A DNA stretch of 64,000 nt from an uncultured Bacilli bacterium (GTDB taxonomy: Bacteria; Bacillota_I; Bacilli_A; RF39; UBA660). The stretch spans positions 12,821-76,820 of the forward strand of contig CAKPIS010000004.1 of NCBI GenBank assembly GCA_934162425.1, read 5' to 3'. The notes below the pieces were generated by a model that ran no database searches, was not told the origin of the DNA, and saw only the letters and a list, made by a program, of their open reading frames with translations. This document shows, piece by piece, positions 60,950 to 64,000 of the stretch. Position 1 is the first letter of the stretch, and every line of letters starts with the position of its first letter. A program made the position numbers and the translations under genes.

Positions 60950-60995
60950 CTTTACGCCAAAAAAGACTATACAAATATCTTTCCTATATAGTCTT
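60950..60995 (-). terminator. fmt terminator hairpin, also right copy of the 26-nt direct repeat. It overlaps the fmt 3' end
   Basis: AAGACTATA...TATAGTCTT stem plus T-run. The last codons of fmt are encoded inside the hairpin. Confidence 0.5.
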
Positions 60996-61908
60996 CTTTT
61001 TTTATTCCATTTACAAAATCTTTTATATTAACTTTTTTCTTACCAGGCATTTGAAGTTCTGTTATAAGTATACTCTTATCTTTTGTTACTACTTCCATTC
61101 CATTTTTATCAATATTAACTATTGTGCCTGGTTTTTTATCATATTTATTTTCACATATTTTAGATGACCATAGTTTAACATTGTTGCCATCTAAAGAAGC
61201 ATATGCTCCTGGCCATGAATTAAGCCCTCTTATTTGATTATATATTTCTTTAGAAGTTTTATCAAACAAAACGTGTTCCTCTTCCCTTGAAATATTATAT
61301 GCAAAACTTGCATCCTTATCATTTTGCTTTTCTCTTTTATTAGTACCATTTATTATACTAACAAGCGTTTCTTTTAAAAGTGGAACTGATACATCCATAA
61401 GCTTATTATGAAGTGTTTCTGCTGTATCACAATCATCTATATCAACTTCTACTTTAGATATCATATCTCCAGTATCCATTCCTTTATCCATATACATAAT
61501 AGTAATTCCTGTTTTATCATAACCATTTATAATTGCTTTATGAATAGGCGCTCCTCCCCTTAATTTAGGAAGAAGCGATGCATGAACATTTATGCATCCA
61601 TATTTAGGTTTATTTAAGATAATTTCGGGTACTATTTGACCATATGCACAAGTAACTATTATATCAGGGTTTAAATCTAATATTTCTTTGTATTCTAATC
61701 TTATTTTTTCTGGTTGTAAAACTTTAATATTATGTTCTAATGCCTTTTTCTTTATAGGTGAAAACTCTATAGTTTTTTTTCTTCCTACCTCTTTATCTGG
61801 CTGAGTTACAACTGCTATAACATTATAATCATTAATTAAATATTCTAGTATAGGGGTGCAAAACTCTGGAGTTCCCATAAATATAACACTAATATTTTTC
61901 ATAAACAT
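60967..61908 (-). CDS. fmt: Methionyl-tRNA formyltransferase
   Basis: N-terminus IFMGTPEF and the formyltransferase core HASLLPKLRGGAPI. Confidence 0.9.
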   Translation of the reverse strand: MFMKNISVIFMGTPEFCTPILEYLINDYNVIAVVTQPDKEVGRKKTIEFSPIKKKALEHNIKVLQPEKIRLEYKEILDLNPDIIVTCAYGQIVPEIILNKPKYGCINVHASLLPKLRGGAPIHKAIINGYDKTGITIMYMDKGMDTGDMISKVEVDIDDCDTAETLHNKLMDVSVPLLKETLVSIINGTNKREKQNDKDASFAYNISREEEHVLFDKTSKEIYNQIRGLNSWPGAYASLDGNNVKLWSSKICENKYDKKPGTIVNIDKNGMEVVTKDKSILITELQMPGKKKVNIKDFVNGIKKEDYIGKIFV

Positions 61909-61939
61909 CTTCCTTTCTTAAATCAAGAAAAACTTTTCA

Positions 61940-62983
61940 TTAGAAAAGTTTTATAACATCTTTTATAGTAATAAATATCATAAGTGCAAAAAGAAGCATT
62001 AAACCGATGTTATTTACGATAGCATCAACTTTTGGATTTATCTGTTTTCCTGTTATTTTTTCTATTATAATAGTTAATCCTCTATAACCATCAAATGCTG
62101 GGAATGGTAAAAGATTAATAAATCCAACATTGATAGATAAATATGCTAATAAATAAAGTAATCCATAAGCTCCAGTTTTACTTTGCTCTCCTACTATCTT
62201 GTATATTCCAACTGGTCCTGATAATGAGCTTATTCCAACTTTTCCAGTAAATAAAGCTTTTATTGTAATTATCATAGAATCAAATGTAGATACAAATTTA
62301 CTAGTACTAAACTTTAATGCGTTAAGTACGCCATGATATTTTTTATCACTTATACCAATACCATATGAATATGATACATTTCCATCTTTAGCTTTAATTT
62401 TTGCTGGTCTTACTTTAATTGTTTTTTCATTACCATCTTTATCTTCTAAAACAAAGACTTGACTTTTTTTACTATTAGCAAGAATTAATCTTAATGTAAC
62501 ATCATCCCAACTTCTAGTTCTCTTACCATTTATTTTTATTATTTTATCTCCTATTTCAAAACCAGCCTTTTGGCATGCCGAATCTTTAGAAAATACTCCA
62601 ATAACTGGTTTAGTAGAATAAGAACCATATATTAAAGCTATTACAAATAGTACTACAAATGCTAAAATAAAGTTATTTATAACACCTGCTAAAACTATTA
62701 TTAATTTTTTATACCAAGGTTTATTATACAGTTTCTTATCTTTTGGAACTTTTCCATCATCATCTACTTCTTCTCCTGCCATAGATACATATCCACCAAG
62801 TGGTATTAATCTTACACAATACATAGTTTCATCATTTTTTCTTTTGAAAGAAAATAGTTTAGGACCAAAACCAAGTGAAAATTCATAACAATAAACTCCT
62901 GACTTTTTAGCCCAGAAAAAATGTCCTAACTCATGAATAAAAACTATACAACCTAATAATAAAATAAAATATATTAGTGTCAT
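61940..62983 (-). CDS. rseP: RIP metalloprotease RseP (site-2 protease)
   Basis: HELGHF zinc motif, PDZ domain, and the C-terminal LLPFPAFDGYRG. Confidence 0.9.
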   Translation of the reverse strand: MTLIYFILLLGCIVFIHELGHFFWAKKSGVYCYEFSLGFGPKLFSFKRKNDETMYCVRLIPLGGYVSMAGEEVDDDGKVPKDKKLYNKPWYKKLIIVLAGVINNFILAFVVLFVIALIYGSYSTKPVIGVFSKDSACQKAGFEIGDKIIKINGKRTRSWDDVTLRLILANSKKSQVFVLEDKDGNEKTIKVRPAKIKAKDGNVSYSYGIGISDKKYHGVLNALKFSTSKFVSTFDSMIITIKALFTGKVGISSLSGPVGIYKIVGEQSKTGAYGLLYLLAYLSINVGFINLLPFPAFDGYRGLTIIIEKITGKQINPKVDAIVNNIGLMLLFALMIFITIKDVIKLF

Positions 62984-62996
62984 TTATGTTTCCTCC

Positions 62997-63770
62997 TTAA
63001 ATTATACCAGATAGTAAAATATATCCAATAACAACAAAAATAATACTATCTAATCTATCTAATACTCCACCATGACCTGGCATTATATTAGAAAAATCCT
63101 TTATATTATGATTTCTTTTTACAGCACTAAAGAATAAATCTCCTAACTGTCCTAGACATGATAAGAATAGTGTTACTAATAATAAGCCTATAATACTAAC
63201 TGAAGGATCTATTACTATATAGTAGAATGTAGCTGCACATAAAGTACCAAATACTCCTCCTGTTATACTTCCTTCCCATGTTTTATTAGGAGATATTTTA
63301 GGAGCCATTTTATGTTTACCAATTAACATACCACCAAACTGTGCATAAGTATCTGTTAACATAGTAATTAAAAATAAGTATACAAATAAAGCTATTCCTT
63401 CTTGTCTAATTAGTATAAATTCATGGAATACACTTCCTATTAAAGCTGTCATACCAACTAATTTAAAAGCATCATCTGCATTATATTTTTTATTATCATT
63501 ACAATATATTACAAGTAAAAGTATAAATAAAAGTCCTATAAAATAATAACTTTGTCTATTTTTACTCATAAAAGTTAATAAAAAAGTAACTGCATATATT
63601 AATGCATCTACATACCCAGGTCTTTTATCCCCACCAGGTAAATTAAGAAATTCCCTTACTGCTAGTAGTGCAAGAACACTTGCTGCTACTTTAAAATACA
63701 TTCCTCCAAGATATACAAGTGGAATAAAAATTATAAGTGCAACTATTGCACTAATTACTCTCTTTTTCAT
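62997..63770 (-). CDS. cdsA: Phosphatidate cytidylyltransferase
   Basis: C-terminal signature SAVKRNHNIKDFSNIMPGHGGVLDRLDS. Confidence 0.9.
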   Translation of the reverse strand: MKKRVISAIVALIIFIPLVYLGGMYFKVAASVLALLAVREFLNLPGGDKRPGYVDALIYAVTFLLTFMSKNRQSYYFIGLLFILLLVIYCNDNKKYNADDAFKLVGMTALIGSVFHEFILIRQEGIALFVYLFLITMLTDTYAQFGGMLIGKHKMAPKISPNKTWEGSITGGVFGTLCAATFYYIVIDPSVSIIGLLLVTLFLSCLGQLGDLFFSAVKRNHNIKDFSNIMPGHGGVLDRLDSIIFVVIGYILLSGII

Positions 63771-63863
63771 ATTTTCACATCCTCACAAAATAATTATAAT
63801 ACATCTTACCAAATTAAACAACAAATATATTTTTTGCTTTACAAAGAAAAAAGCTAAAAAATC

Positions 63864-64000
63864 TACTTAGCTATTTTCTTATTTTTATTATAATTATATA
63901 TACTAAATAATATACTACCAATTGTTCCCGCTATCATATCAGTTATTGTATCTTTTGTTCCAGTTTCTATATAATGCTGTACATTAGTTTTAAATAAAAA
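63864..64000 (-). CDS. 3' end of an upstream gene (C-terminal about 45 aa, VanZ-like?)
   Basis: Open frame to the window edge. It ends ...ETGTKDTITDMIAGTIGSILFSIYNYNKNKKIAK with stop at 63864-63866. Confidence 0.3.

Noticed and set aside
60797-61167. Two short plus-strand ORFs (60797..60991, 60934..61167) around the poly-C tract and the fmt 3' end
   Set aside because: No RBS. They overlap the terminator repeats and fmt. Only the poly-C tract itself is retained as an observation.

Overview
A low-GC (about 28% GC) Firmicute chromosome segment, almost certainly a spore-forming Clostridium sensu lato given cotJB-cotJC and a pflB/pflA pair. Most of the window is housekeeping. Recognisable core genes are pflB-pflA, murF, proS, serS-tdk, yebC, helD-like helicase, rny, dacF-like carboxypeptidase, htpG, uppP, holA, infC-rpmI-rplT, rpe, rsgA, prkC-stp, rlmN, fmt, rseP and cdsA. 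There are also 8 tRNA genes (Gly, Ser and a Val-Thr-Tyr-Gln-Lys-Leu cluster). The main non-housekeeping observations are these:
(1) At the left edge, an operon encodes three tandem WXG100-like proteins, a YukD/EsaB-like ubiquitin-fold protein and a HerA/DUF87-type ATPase. This combination looks like a type VII secretion module but has no FtsK/SpoIIIE-type EssC in view. Divergently transcribed from it is a catalytically dead ABC-ATPase paired with an FtsX-like permease.
(2) An accessory gene array of about 11.7 kb lies downstream of tRNA-Gly. It is punctuated by five same-orientation copies of a 55-100 nt repeat derived from the tRNA-Gly 3' trailer and terminator. The genes between the copies are cargo-like: a class-A beta-lactamase-like hydrolase, GNAT, HD hydrolase, C26 amidotransferase, P-loop kinase, several MFS/MOP transporters and a HAD hydrolase. 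No integrase is present.
(3) A Ser T-box-like leader appears to control a GNAT-DUF1653-small SpoT-type HD hydrolase-serS-tdk operon.
(4) Ribosomal protein L20 carries a C-terminal Rho_N/SAP-like extension.
(5) A CIRCE-like inverted repeat overlaps a textbook sigma-A promoter of htpG.
(6) An insertion between rlmN and fmt replaces the usual rsmB. It carries an unknown secreted protein gene flanked by a 26-nt perfect direct repeat, with a poly(C)9 tract upstream of that gene.
All calls were made by eye from the sequence and ORF translations. No database searches were run.
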